A stretch of 64,000 nucleotides of DNA from Octopus sinensis (lineage: Eukaryota). Each line of letters opens with the position of its first letter. The first letter of the stretch is position 1. This document shows, one piece after another, positions 25,285-37,200 of this stretch. The position numbers were made by a program, and so were the translations under genes. The stretch is from contig NC_043002.1 of assembly GCF_006345805.1 (NCBI RefSeq), forward strand, positions 8,246,001 to 8,310,000, in the 5' to 3' direction. The notes below the pieces were generated by a model. That model had not been told where the DNA came from, ran no database searches, and was given only the letters and a program-made list of their open reading frames with translations.

Positions 25285-25420
25285 GAGGGAAACCACTATG
25301 TGGACACCCTTATGCTAGAAATAGATCCGCTATGGTCTTACCACTAAAAAACATTTCTTAGTGGTAAGACCATAGGGGATCTATTTCTAGCATAAGGGTG
25401 TCCACATAGTGGTTTCCCTC
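25285..25420. mobile_element. Palindromic mini-MITE with TA flanks
   Basis: 65-bp arms with 1 mismatch and a 10-nt loop; TA|GAGGGAAACC...GGTTTCCCTC|TA. Confidence 0.8.
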
Positions 25421-25439
25421 TAGACTAGCCTTCTAAGAG

Positions 25440-26158
25440 TGTAGACATGAATCTGTAGGTACGCGTATGTATGTGTATATACGTGAATGTATGTAGATGT
25501 ATGTATGTATGAATATATGCGTGTATGTGTATGAGTGTACGAATGAGTGAGTGTACGTGCTAAAGAGTGTGCGTGAGTGAATGAGTGCTTGTTTTCCAGT
25601 AGACAGATATATGGACTGGCTGTCATAGCTAAGATGTTTGTGACCAAGCGGCCAAAGATAACAAAAGTAATAAACGAAGATAATAAAATTAAAATTAGGG
25701 AATGGGTCTGTATTTGTATGTGTATATATATATATGTGTGTATGTGTAGGTATGCATAGGTACACATATGTATATATATATATATATATGTATGTATATG
25801 TATGTGTGTGTATGTATATATGTGTGTATGTGTATATATGTGTATATAGGGACTAGTGTGCTGTGTGTGCATTTGTGTGTGTGGATATGTGTGTGTATGC
25901 GTGTATGTGAGTATGTGTGTGTATGTGTATATATATTTTTCTGTGTGTATATGTATGTGTGGTCGTGTGTGTATATATACATGTGTGTATACGTGTATGC
26001 ATGTGAGTGTGTGTATGTATACATATATGTGTATGTGTAGATATGTATATGTATGTGTAAGTGTATATATGTGTATATATATGTGTGTGTATGTATGTGT
26101 GTATGTATATGTATATATGTTTGTATGTGTGTGTATATATGTATACATATGTGCATAG
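25440..26158. repeat. (TG)/(TA) compound low-complexity tract
   Basis: Directly visible. Confidence 0.9.
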
Positions 26159-28039
26159 GTATAAGTGAGAATCTCCTTATTTACCTAACACTCTACTCCC
26201 CCATTTTTTCTATATATATATTTTTTTTATATATATTTTTTAATTTTTTAAAATTTTTTAATTTTTTTATTTATTCTTCTATCTAATTTAACACTGACTC
26301 CCTGACCACTCCCCCAAGTATGATATTTTGCGCTATGCCTACCCCCAAAAAGTCCCCCACCAACACCCCTTTAAACCTGCCTAAATGTATAAATGCCAAT
26401 ACAATTCTTGTTAACTAGCTTCCTGAAGATTTCTCTTGAATGAAACAGTTCTAGTCCTGTAGAAGCTCCTTCTATATAATAAATTAATTTTACTCTGCTA
26501 TGTATTGAGTACCTTATTTACTGTGGTTAACCCCGAATCAACCCGGGACCTACATATATATATATATATATATATACACATACACACACACACACAACAG
26601 GCTTCTTTCTGTTTCTGTCTACCAAATACATTCACAAGGATTTGGTTAGCCCAAGGCTTCAGTAGAAGACACTTACCCAAAGTGTTACACTGTAGGCTGG
26701 ACCCAAAACCATATAGTTGGGAAGCAGAACCCTAACAACACACCCATGCCTGTATCTCTCTCTGTATAATCACACACACACACACACACACACACATACA
26801 TACATATATATATATGTGTGTGTGTGCATGTGTTTGAGAAATGATTATGTTAATAGATAGAAGAGTGTCTGGCTGCACCTATGACTAACGCCGTTGCTAT
26901 GATATATCATGGTACCCTATATTTAACAGAGACTTCCACTTCGGCTCTCTAGTGTACCACTGACACCACCTCTGCTACTAGTCTGATAGAATCTTTCATA
27001 ATAAACGACATGTGTGTGTGAGATCATCATCATCGTCATTGTTTTAACATCTGGTTTTCCATACTTGCATGGGTTAGACCAAGTTTATTGAGGCGGAATT
27101 CCTATCAGTCTCTCTATCCCATCCATCCATGCCCTCTTCACCTTCATAACCCCACCCTTATCCTTTCCTTTCCATGTTTCAATAAACATTAAAATGATAA
27201 TAATAATAATAATTAATTCGTTTATTGGCCACAAGGGCTAACAAAAATCAATTAAAACATAAAGGGACAAAACACAGGACGAAAGTTACAAAGGGTTTTC
27301 TCCGTTTGAAAAAAGGTCCGTGTAGAAAAGTAGGATAACAACAAAATATAAGTAACAATTAAAACTACCTTAATAGGGGGAGACGCTTCGAAAGGTTACT
27401 CGTGGAAAAACCCATAGAAGCCAAAATAATCAAAAGTTCTGCTCTTTCTGTCACCAAATCCCATCAGTTTCCAATCAAGTTAATAATTTCTCAGGGGCAA
27501 AAATGAATGACACTTCTTGTGTAATAGTGACAACCATTTTAACTGTCACATGGTGTCAAGACAAGGAGATATGAACATACACACATACATATATAAATAT
27601 ATGTGAATTTTTTCTCTTTTACTTTTTATTTGTTTCTGTCATTGGATTTAGCCATGCTGGGGCACTGCTTTTAAGGGTCTAATTGAACAAATCAGCCCCA
27701 GTATTTTTCTTTTTAAGCCTGTTACTGATTCAGTTGGTCTTCTTATCCACACCATAATGCCAGCACCTGTGTATGTATGTACAAACATACCCACACATTT
27801 GTATTTACATACCAAAAAAACATACACATACACATATATACATACATAAAATAAAAATTCAAAAGGAAATTGTAGTTAAGACACCCGTGCCAGTGACACG
27901 TAAAAAACACCGTCCGAACGTGGCAGATGCCAGCGCCACCTGACTGGCGTCCGTGTCGATACTAGGGTCATAATTATGGGGGACAATTTCATATGACACC
28001 ACTAGAAAAAACTGCCGTTCAAACCGAAAAGATCCGCTT

Positions 28040-29129
28040 ACTACTTCCCAGTTAAGTGTTTTTTCATGTTGGGGAACAAATGATAATCAGATGAGACCAA
28101 ATCAGGAGAAGAGGGGTGGGGGATCAACCAGTTCAGAGCCACAGTCAAGCACTGCAGCCGCTGAAACCAAGGACTTGTGTGCTGGAGCATTGCCATGATG
28201 AAACAAGAGCCCTTTCGCTAATTTTCCTGGGTGTTTGGTCTTCATAGCCTTTTGTAACTTCCTCAACGGGTTGGCATAGTACTGTCCATTGAAGATAGTC
28301 AATAAACACAATGCCTTTTGCCTCCCCAAAAACCTGAGACCATCACCTTCCATGTAAATGGAACAGCCTTGGCCTTATTTGGAGCAGGTTCAGAGGGGTG
28401 TTTCCACTGCATGAATTGTCTCTTTGTCTCGGACTCAAAGTGATGATCCCAACACTCATCTTGGGTTACAAAACGTCCAAGGAAACAACTGAACCTGCTC
28501 AAACAATGTCAGATTATCCCATGATGGGATCAGGCTGAATAAAGGTCCGGATCAACTTCCAGCTTTCAATTCATGGATATTTTCTGAGGCACAAATTTTG
28601 CTGCAACTCTTTTCATTTGCCATTCCTTGCTCAAAATTCGTTGGCAGGAGCTCCAGGACATACCAGTAATATCAAGTTCGTCAATTGTTTGGCAATGGTC
28701 CTCCGAGATCAGTTCATGGATTTTCGTAATGTTTTCATTCGTTTGGGAGGTCGGCAGTGGCTCTGAACAAGGTTGGTCTTCAAGTGACAGGTGATCATTC
28801 CAAAAGCATGAAAACCACTCATAAACTTGTGTTTTGCTCATGGCAGTCTCCTTGGAAACTGTTTGAAGCATGCCAATTTTTTCAGCCACTGTTTTCCCCC
28901 AGCAGAAAACAGAATTTTATGGAAGCATGCTGTTCCTTCATTTCAGCCATGGTAAAAATCAACGAACAGGGGAGAAGCACTGCAAAACAAAGATGCACCA
29001 TGTGGCAGTACAACATCATTCAATGCCACTGGTCATCAGACTGATGCCTGAAGGTTGCATCAAGTGGTGGAAGCCTGAACGACAATGGGCTTGTCCCACA
29101 GAATGTTTCTGGTTACTTTTGGGTACCCC

Positions 29130-29133
<4 letters not shown>
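28040..29133 (-). mobile_element. Mariner (DD34D-type) transposon fossil, 3'-truncated
   Basis: HTH (MSKTQVYEWF), AAKFVP, TQDECW, HHGNAPAH and SPDL..SDYHLF motifs. The 5' TIR TA|TGAGGGGGTACCCAAAAG abuts (TA)n at 29134. Confidence 0.9.
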
Positions 29134-29177
<44 letters not shown>

Positions 29178-29180
29178 TAT

Positions 29181-29367
29181 AAGTAAATAAATGGAGTTGA
29201 ACGCAGATGCTATTCAAATTCTTTTATTTTCGACATATGTTTCGAAGACAACATAGGTTTTATTCCAAAACCTATTCCTTTGGAATAAAACCAATGTTGT
29301 CTACGAAACATATGTCGAAAGTAAAAGAATTTGAATAACACTTGCGTTCAACTCCATTTATTTACTT
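29181..29367. repeat. 187-bp near-perfect palindrome, probably Penelope-derived
   Basis: 89-bp arms with about 6 mismatches and a 9-nt loop (29270-29278). Confidence 0.9.
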
Positions 29368-29904
29368 ATACTACACAAATTACTGCACGTTAACCCGGAG
29401 TTTCTACCTTTGAAGAGGTCGCTACATCCGTGTTACTTGCGTGAATTTTGCTACCCTGGTAACTGCTTATTGAATTTTCATTGTTAACTGTAAACAAAGG
29501 ATAATTCATTCATCCATTTATATATATATATATATATATACAGAGAGAGAGAGAGAGAGACAGACAGACAGTGACAGAGATAAGTAGATGGATATGTGGG
29601 TAGATAGATAGGTGGTTAGGTTCATAGGTAGGTATGTAGGTAAGTAATTTGGCAAGTACATAAATAGGCAGATGTGTGTGCATATTCATGAGTATGTATA
29701 TACATACAGAGAGAGGGAAAGAGACACACACACACACACACACACACACGTATAAACATTTATATCTGTGTGTGTAGAGCTCACTCCTATTCACCTACTT
29801 GGGTATGTTACTTAGGGGACATGCTTTATCTAACCTGTTGTTTCTTGAGGTCTCTGGGTGAGACTTGGAGTCAACTTGTACAAATACAAAGTGAAAGTCA
29901 AACA

Positions 29905-30167
29905 TATAATTAATAATAATAATAATAACAAAAATAATAATAATAATAACAAAAATAATAATAATAACAATAATAATAATTATAATAACAAAAATAATAA
30001 TAATAATAGTAACAATAATAACAATAATAATAACAATAATAATAATAATAATAAAAAATAATAATAATAATAAAAATATAATAATAATAATAATAACAAT
30101 AATAAAAAAAATAATAATAATAATAACAAAAATAATAATAATAATAATAATAAAATAATAATAATAA
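29905..30167. repeat. (AAT)n/(AAC) trinucleotide tract
   Basis: Directly visible. Confidence 0.97.
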
Positions 30168-30392
30168 TGGAGAGCCACTGAAGACATATGTGGAACAAAA
30201 TCCTGGGCTTGGTTAAAAAAGGGGCAATTAAAAAAAAAAAGAAACAGAGACCCTAATTGTCGCAGCCTAAGATCAAAACGATAAAAACAAACCGATTGAG
30301 AAAAAATATATATATATGGAGAGAATGTGTCAGAAAAATGTAGAGCCTGTGGAACTTGGAATGAGACAGTTTCTGCCTAATCTCTAGTGTCA

Positions 30393-30603
30393 CTGGCAGA
30401 AACGTTAGCACGCCAGGCGAAATGCGTAGCCGTATTTCGTTTGTGTTACGTTCTGAGTTCAAATTCCGCCGAGGTCGACTTTGCCTTTCATCCTTTCGGG
30501 GTCGATAAATTAAGTACCAGTTACGCACTGGGGTCTATGTAATTAACTTAATCCCTTTGTCTGTCCCCTCTATGTTTAGCCCCTTGTGAGCAATCAAGAA
30601 ATA
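30393..30603 (+). mobile_element. SINE family B
   Basis: A box, B box, core and tail present. Confidence 0.9.
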
Positions 30604-31204
30604 TATACCCTGTGTCTCTAACAAAGATACATATCTCCTAGTGACCCAGTGACCCAGAGCCTCTTAATATCCCTGAGAAAATTGTTGTTTCGGCTCTGGT
30701 CAGCTCTGATCAAGTGGACCTACGCTCGAAGAAATTTCATTTGTAACTATATCCTATTTATATCTAACATGTTCTTTGTTAAGATAGTAAAGTAAGTTTA
30801 CATGACAGATTCGGTTGCTATTTCTAGCGGATACATCATCATTTTTATTTGTCAGTGAAGTAGACAGGAAGGAAAAAGTTAAAGAAAATGTAAATAAAAA
30901 AAAGAGAGAACTCCGGTTCCTATATCTAGCTGGCTGTATGAATGTAGAAGTTTCTTTATTGGCTCATAAAATCATACCTCCTGTAGGCATATTTCATCCA
31001 CACCAAAGTGGTCTGGACCATAGAATAGTGACAATTAGGGAGGAACAATATGATATAATGTAGAACAAGTGAAGTGGTTCGATGATACTTTATCAACTTA
31101 GACAGCTGTTTAACCAACATGTCTTTTCCTGACCACTTATTACAATTAATAAATATCATTTTCTGAATCTAGGTTGGGTTTTCAACAGCAGAACTAGGTT
31201 TTAA

Positions 31205-31659
31205 CCCTTTAGCATTCAAATTATTCTGTCAAATATAAAGCTTATATATTCACACCATGTAAAATTAATCTTGCATCATTTCATGGCTTTGAGATTTCAA
31301 AGATGTGATTGTTTATTTTTAAAATGACACAATAAGATAGCTATGAATGACCATATTTGGCGAGCTGGCAGAAACGTTAGCACGCCGGGCGAAATGCGTA
31401 GCCGTATTTCATCTGTCTTTACGTTCTGAGTTCAAATTCCGCCGAGGTCGACTTTGCCTTTCATCCTTTCGGAGTCGATTAAATAAAGTACCAGTTTCCC
31501 ATTGGGGTCAATGTAACTGACTTAATCCCTTTGTCTGTTCTTGTTTGTCCCCTCTATGTTTAGCCCCTTGTGGGCAGTAAAGAAATACATATTTGACTAG
31601 TTTGACCATAAAACAGGTAGAATATTTTGGCCGGATATGGCCAGTTTAAACACTAAGGG
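31205..31659. mobile_element. piggyBac-type MITE containing a SINE B
   Basis: TTAA|CCCTTTAGCATT ... AACACTAAGGG|TTAA. Confidence 0.75.
31357..31588 (+). mobile_element. SINE family B nested in a piggyBac-type MITE
   Basis: GGCGAGCTGGCAGAAACGTTAGC head through CAGTAAAGAAATA tail. Confidence 0.9.
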
Positions 31660-32377
31660 TTAAACTTGTAATTTGGGAAGAATCAGTCCCAGTTTCCTCA
31701 TCTCAACTCATCCAACAAATCAAACATACAAAGATAGATTTGATAATTAAGCTTACAAATTTGTCCTTCAGTTGAGAAATGTAAATTTTTGCTTAATCAC
31801 CTAAGAATCTCAAAATTTAATTTATGTGTAGTCAGGAGGTTAGTGCTAATATGGGAATAAGCCAATACTCAAACAGGCAATTAATTATCATGATGTATTC
31901 TGTGGAAAGGAAAATTTATCTTGAAATTTTCTATAATTAAATTTTGTAATTACTTTCTATGATTTTGTCATATTGCTGTCAATTGGAATATAATTTTCCT
32001 GAGAAAGTCTGAACGAAAGGTAGGTAGGTAGATAGGTGTGTGTGTGTGCATTTGTGTGTGTGTGAGACAGCATGCATGGTTGTGTGTTTACAAAGTTTGC
32101 TTTTAAACTACATGTTGTTGGGTTCAATCTCATAGTGCAGCATTTTGACAATAGTCTTTTCATCAGAGCTTTGAGTTAAATTTAGTAGACAGAAACTGAG
32201 TGGCACTAGCTGGAGTGTACTGTTCCGGTTTTAAGGGAATCTTATTTAATACTACTATCTGTCCTTTGAATGCCTTTAACAGAATCTATCTGACTAGGTG
32301 TCTGATCTAAAGATAATGCTCCAACTAGCTTTGCATAGCAGAAAAATAGTCATGAGCACCTCCCTTACTCTTCTGAC

Positions 32378-32870
32378 ATCATCATCATCGTTTAACGTCC
32401 GCTTTCCATGCTAGCATGGGTTGGACGATTTTGACTGAGGGCTGGCAAACCAGACGGCCGCACCAAGCTCCAAACTTGATCTGGCAGAGTTTCTACAGCT
32501 GGATGCCTTTCCTAATGCCAACCACTCTGAGAGTGTAGTAGGCGCTTTTTATGTGCCACCGGCATGGGGGCCGGTCAGGTGGTACTGGCAATGACCTCGC
32601 TCGAATCTCTTTACACATGCCACCAGCACAGGTGCCAGTAAGGCGACATTGGTAATGATCACGCTCGAATGGTGCTCTTTTATGTGCCACTGGCATGGAG
32701 CCAGTTGGCTACTCTGGCAACGATCATGCTCGGATGGTGCTCTTGGTACCCTACTAGCACGGACACAAGTGCCAGTAAGGCAACGCTGGTAACGACCACA
32801 CGAATGGTGCCCTTTTATGTTCCACTGCCACGGAAGCCGGTTAGCCACTCTGTCAACGATCACCCTCGAC
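32378..32870 (-). mobile_element. RTE 3' UTR copy with array
   Basis: Closely parallels the copy at 498-990. Confidence 0.9.
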
Positions 32871-33737
32871 AAAGTCATTAAAAAAAAAATCAACAAGAAA
32901 TAATTACGTAATTTATTTGAACCAGTGATCTACTTCTGTCTGAGAATGTGCAAAAATTAAGTCAATAGGGTACTGGACTACCGATAGAGTCTATATCCTG
33001 TCACTTGTAAAACATTGAATCCAAAGTTGAGTTACTTAAATTTCAAATGGTCCTGTCCACTTCAGATATAACTGAATACCACTGGCTTGGTTCAAATTGC
33101 CTTTGTAAGTACCAGCATCACTTTAAAATTCAGAAGTAACACTTTATCTTGTAGTGCTTATATTGTAGTGCTAAGTACCATTTTTCCTATGTGTATAGCT
33201 TAGAGATGAATGGATTTACTGATGAAGTTTTCACTACTGCTCATATAAAGTAATCCTGAGATAGTAGCTTTATCTATGAATCTAACTGTTTACTCATTGG
33301 AGCTGCTATTTAGATGGTTCTGCCATGTTAGGCCACAGCACATCTAAAGATTATTTGATCACAAAACTGAATCACATAGTGTAGTATTTAAAACGTATGG
33401 AACATGCAATGGAACAGAAATATGAATGTTCTAATGACAGTGGGTGTTTATACACTGATGGCCTGTTCTTATCTGTTATAGCAAGACTAAGTCAGATGAT
33501 TGGGGAATTTGTTGCTGAAGCTGAACAATGAAGTCTTCATAATATGCTTTCCATGCTGACATGAGTTGGATGGTTTGAAAGGAGCTGGCAAGGCCAAGAG
33601 CTGCACATCAGGTTCTATTTTCTGTTTTGGTAAGGTTTCTACGCCTGGGTGGTCGTCTTAACACCAACCATTTTACAGAGTGTACTGTGTGCTTTTTATA
33701 TGTAACCAGCACCAGTGCTCTTTACATGGCATCATAT

Positions 33738-34160
33738 ATCATCATCATTTAACGTCCGTTCTCCATGCTAGCATGGGTTGGACGGTTCGACTGGGGTCTG
33801 GGAAGCCAGAAGGCTGCACCAGGCTCCAGTCTGATCTGGCAGTGTTTCTACAGCTGGATGCCCTTCCTAACGCCAACCACTCCATGAGTGCAGTGGGTGC
33901 TTTTTACATGCCACCGGCACAGGTGCCAGGGGGGCTGGCAATGGTCACGATCAGTTGGCGTTTTTACGTGGCACCGGCACTGGTATTACAACTACAATTT
34001 CCCTTGATTTTGATCGATTTCGATTTCACTTGCCTCAACAGGTCTTCGCAAGCAGAGTCTTGTGTCCCAAGAAGGAAACGTATGCATAAGTGGACTGGCT
34101 ACATCCCAGGTAGAGGCCACGGGTTATGGTCTCACTTGTCCTGCCGGGTCTTCTCGGGTC

Positions 34161-34163
<3 letters not shown>
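33738..34163 (-). mobile_element. RTE 3' end (ORF2 end plus 3' UTR), 5'-truncated copy
   Basis: Reverse complement reads GAAGACCC..CAAGTGAG (the ORF2 terminus), then UTR, array remnant, GGAAGGGCATCC and the (GAT)n tail. Confidence 0.9.
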
Positions 34164-34205
<42 letters not shown>

Positions 34206-34209
34206 CACC

Positions 34210-37200
34210 TGGGGGCTTCCACGGCGTCCATGGAGGCTATGGCTCTGGTTCCCGCAACAAGGAGGGAACCAGGCTGCTGGAGTTCTGCGATGCAAATAAT
34301 CTTATGATTTGCAACACTAACTTCAGGAAACCTACCAGCCACCTAGTCACCTACCGATCGGGCCAACATACCAGCCAAATTGACTACATCCTTGCCAGGC
34401 AAAGGGAGAGATGGCTACTTATAAATGCCAAAACCTTCCCAGGCGAAGAATGCACCCCACAACATAGACTGGTAGTTAGTGACTTTAGGATCAGGAGTAG
34501 GAGGACAACCAGAAGACGACCAACATGGAGAAGAAGGATCTGGAAGCTTAAGGATCCTGTGAATGGACAGAGATTTAGAGACATGTTACTTGAAGCCTTT
34601 GACGAAGTAGAAGGGGATAGTGTATCACATGGGGTAGAGGACAACTGGACGTTTCTAAGGGACAACCTGCTGAGAGCCACTGACCAGATCTGTGGCTGGT
34701 GCAAAGTCCCCTCTCGTCCCAAGGTAACGTGGTGGTGGAACAGTGTCGTAGACAGGGCGATTAGAGAAAAGAGACAGACTTGGAAGCACTGGAAGAATGG
34801 TGGTAGCAGGGAATTGTATCAGACTGCTAAAAGGGAAGCTAGGAGACAGGTCTATCTAGCCAGAGGGGAAGCAGATAAGAAAAAATTTGCCAATGTTCTG
34901 CGCCGTGAGGACCAAAGACTGGAGGTGTTTCGCGTTGCAAGACAGTGTGTGAGAGAGAATTGTGATGTGGTGGGAGAGAAGTGTGTTCGCATGGAAGATG
35001 GTTCACTTGCGCTAAACGAGGATGCAAAGAGAGAGGCTTGGAGCCGCCACTATGAAAGGTTGCTGAATAAAGAAAATGAATGGGATAAAGAGAGTCTGCC
35101 GAACGTTGACCCAACAGAGGGACCAGCTATCAGGGTTGATAGTTCCTTAGTAGCTAAGGCAATTAGAAGCATGAAGACAGGAAAAGCCCCAGGCCCATCA
35201 GGTATCACTGCAGAGATGCTCAAAATATCTGGTAGTGTCGGCTATAGCCTAGTCACCTGTATAGTTAATCAGGTGATACATGAAGGAGTCATACCCAATG
35301 ACTGGTGTAGCAGCATAATAGTCAACTGCTACAAAGGTAAAGGTGATGCCCTAGATACAAATAATTACAGAGGTATCAAGCTGTTGGATCAGGTGATGAA
35401 GGTTACAGAGAGGGTCATAAGCCAACTAATTAGAGAGAGAGTTAGTTTAGATGAGATGCAGTTTGGTTTCGTGCCAGGGAAAAGTACCACTGATGCTATA
35501 TTCCTGGTAAGGCAGCTGCAGGAGAAATACCTAGCCAAGATAAGGCCCTGTACCTGGCTTTTGTTGACATGGAGAAAGCCTTCGACAGGGTCCCCCGATC
35601 CCTCATATGGTGGTCAATGAGGAAACTAGGATAGATGAATGGTTAGTGAGAGCTGTGCAAGCCATGTACAGGGACGCTGCTAGTAAGGTGAGGGTTGGAA
35701 ATGAGTACTGTGAAGAATTCCGGTAGAGGTAGGGGTCCACCAAGGCTCAGTCCTCAGCCCCCTCCTATTTATCATAGTCCTCCAGGCAATAACGGAGGAA
35801 TTCAAGACAGGATGCCCCTGGGAGCTCCTCTATGCTGATGACCTTGCTCTAATTGCTGAGTCATTATCAGAACTGGAGAAGAAGTTTCAGGTGTGGAAGC
35901 ATGGTTTAGAATCGAAGGGCCTGAGAGTCAACCTAGCTAAAACCAAAGTCGTAATAAGTAGGAAGGTAGACAAATCACAACGCCTTCAGGTAGATGGCCC
36001 TGCTCGATCTGTAGAAAAGGTGTAGGTAGAAACTCTATAAGATGCACCAAGTGTAAGCTATGGACACATAAGAGGTGCAGCAATGTCATAGGAAGGCTAA
36101 CTAGGAAGATGGTTTTTGTATGTGGCAGATGCTCGGGAGCATTAACCTCTGAAAATCTGCAGAAAACAACTTCCGTCACTCTCCAGGGGGAAAAACTAGA
36201 AGTAGTTGATAGCTTCCGTTATCTTGGTGACCAGGTCAGTAGTGGGGGTGGGTGTGCTGAAAGTGTAACGGCTAGAGTAAGAATAGCCTGGGCAAAGTTT
36301 AGGGAGCTCTTACCTCTGTTGGTGACTAAAGGCCTCTCGCTCAGAGTAAAAGGCAGACTGTATGATGCATGTGTACGAACAGCCATGCTACATGGCAGTG
36401 AAACATGGGCCGTGACTGCTGAGGATATGCGTAAGCTCGCGAGAAATGAAGCTAGTATGCTCCGTTGGATGTGTAATGTCAGTGTTCATAGTCGACAGAG
36501 TGTAAGTACCTTGAGAGAAAAGTTGGACCTAAAAGGAATCAGATGTTGTGTGCAAGAGAGACGATTGCGCTGGTATGGTCATGTGGTGAGAATGGATGAA
36601 GATAGGTGGGTGAAAAAGTGCCACACCCTGGCAGTTGAGGGGACCTGTGGAAGAGGTAGACCCAGGAAAACCTGGGTCGAGGTGGTGAAGCACGACCTTC
36701 GAACTCTAGGTTTCACCAAGGAAATGACCAGAGACCGAGACCTATGGAAGTATGCTGTGCGTGAGAAGACCCGGCAAGACCAGTGAGAACAATCAAAATC
36801 AAATCATATATCAGAAAGCAGGGGTTAAGTGACCCATCCGTTCGTGTCCGCTGTCAGCCTCATAAAAGCACCATTCGCTCATGGCCGTTTGCCAGCTCTT
36901 CCTGGCCCCGTGTCGGTGGCACGTAAAAGCACCATCCATTCGTGTTCGTTGCCAGCCTCGCCTGGCCCCGTGCCGGTGACACGTAAAAGCACCGTCCGTT
37001 CGTGGCCGTTTGCCAGCTCTGTCTGGCCCCGTGTCGGTGGCACGTAAAAGCACCATCTGTGCGTGGCCGTTTGCCAGCTCTGTCTGGCCCCGTGTCGGTG
37101 GCACGTAAAAGCACCATCCGTTCGTGTCCGTTGCCAGCCTCGGCTGGCCCCCGTGCCGGTGACACGTAAAAGCACCGTCCGCTCGTGGCCGTTTGCCAGC

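Noticed and set aside
33680-34209. N-terminal part of the 646-aa ORF 33680-35620
   Set aside because: It is a chance read-through of an antisense RTE tail and a (TA)n tract. Genuine RTE coding sequence begins at about 34210.
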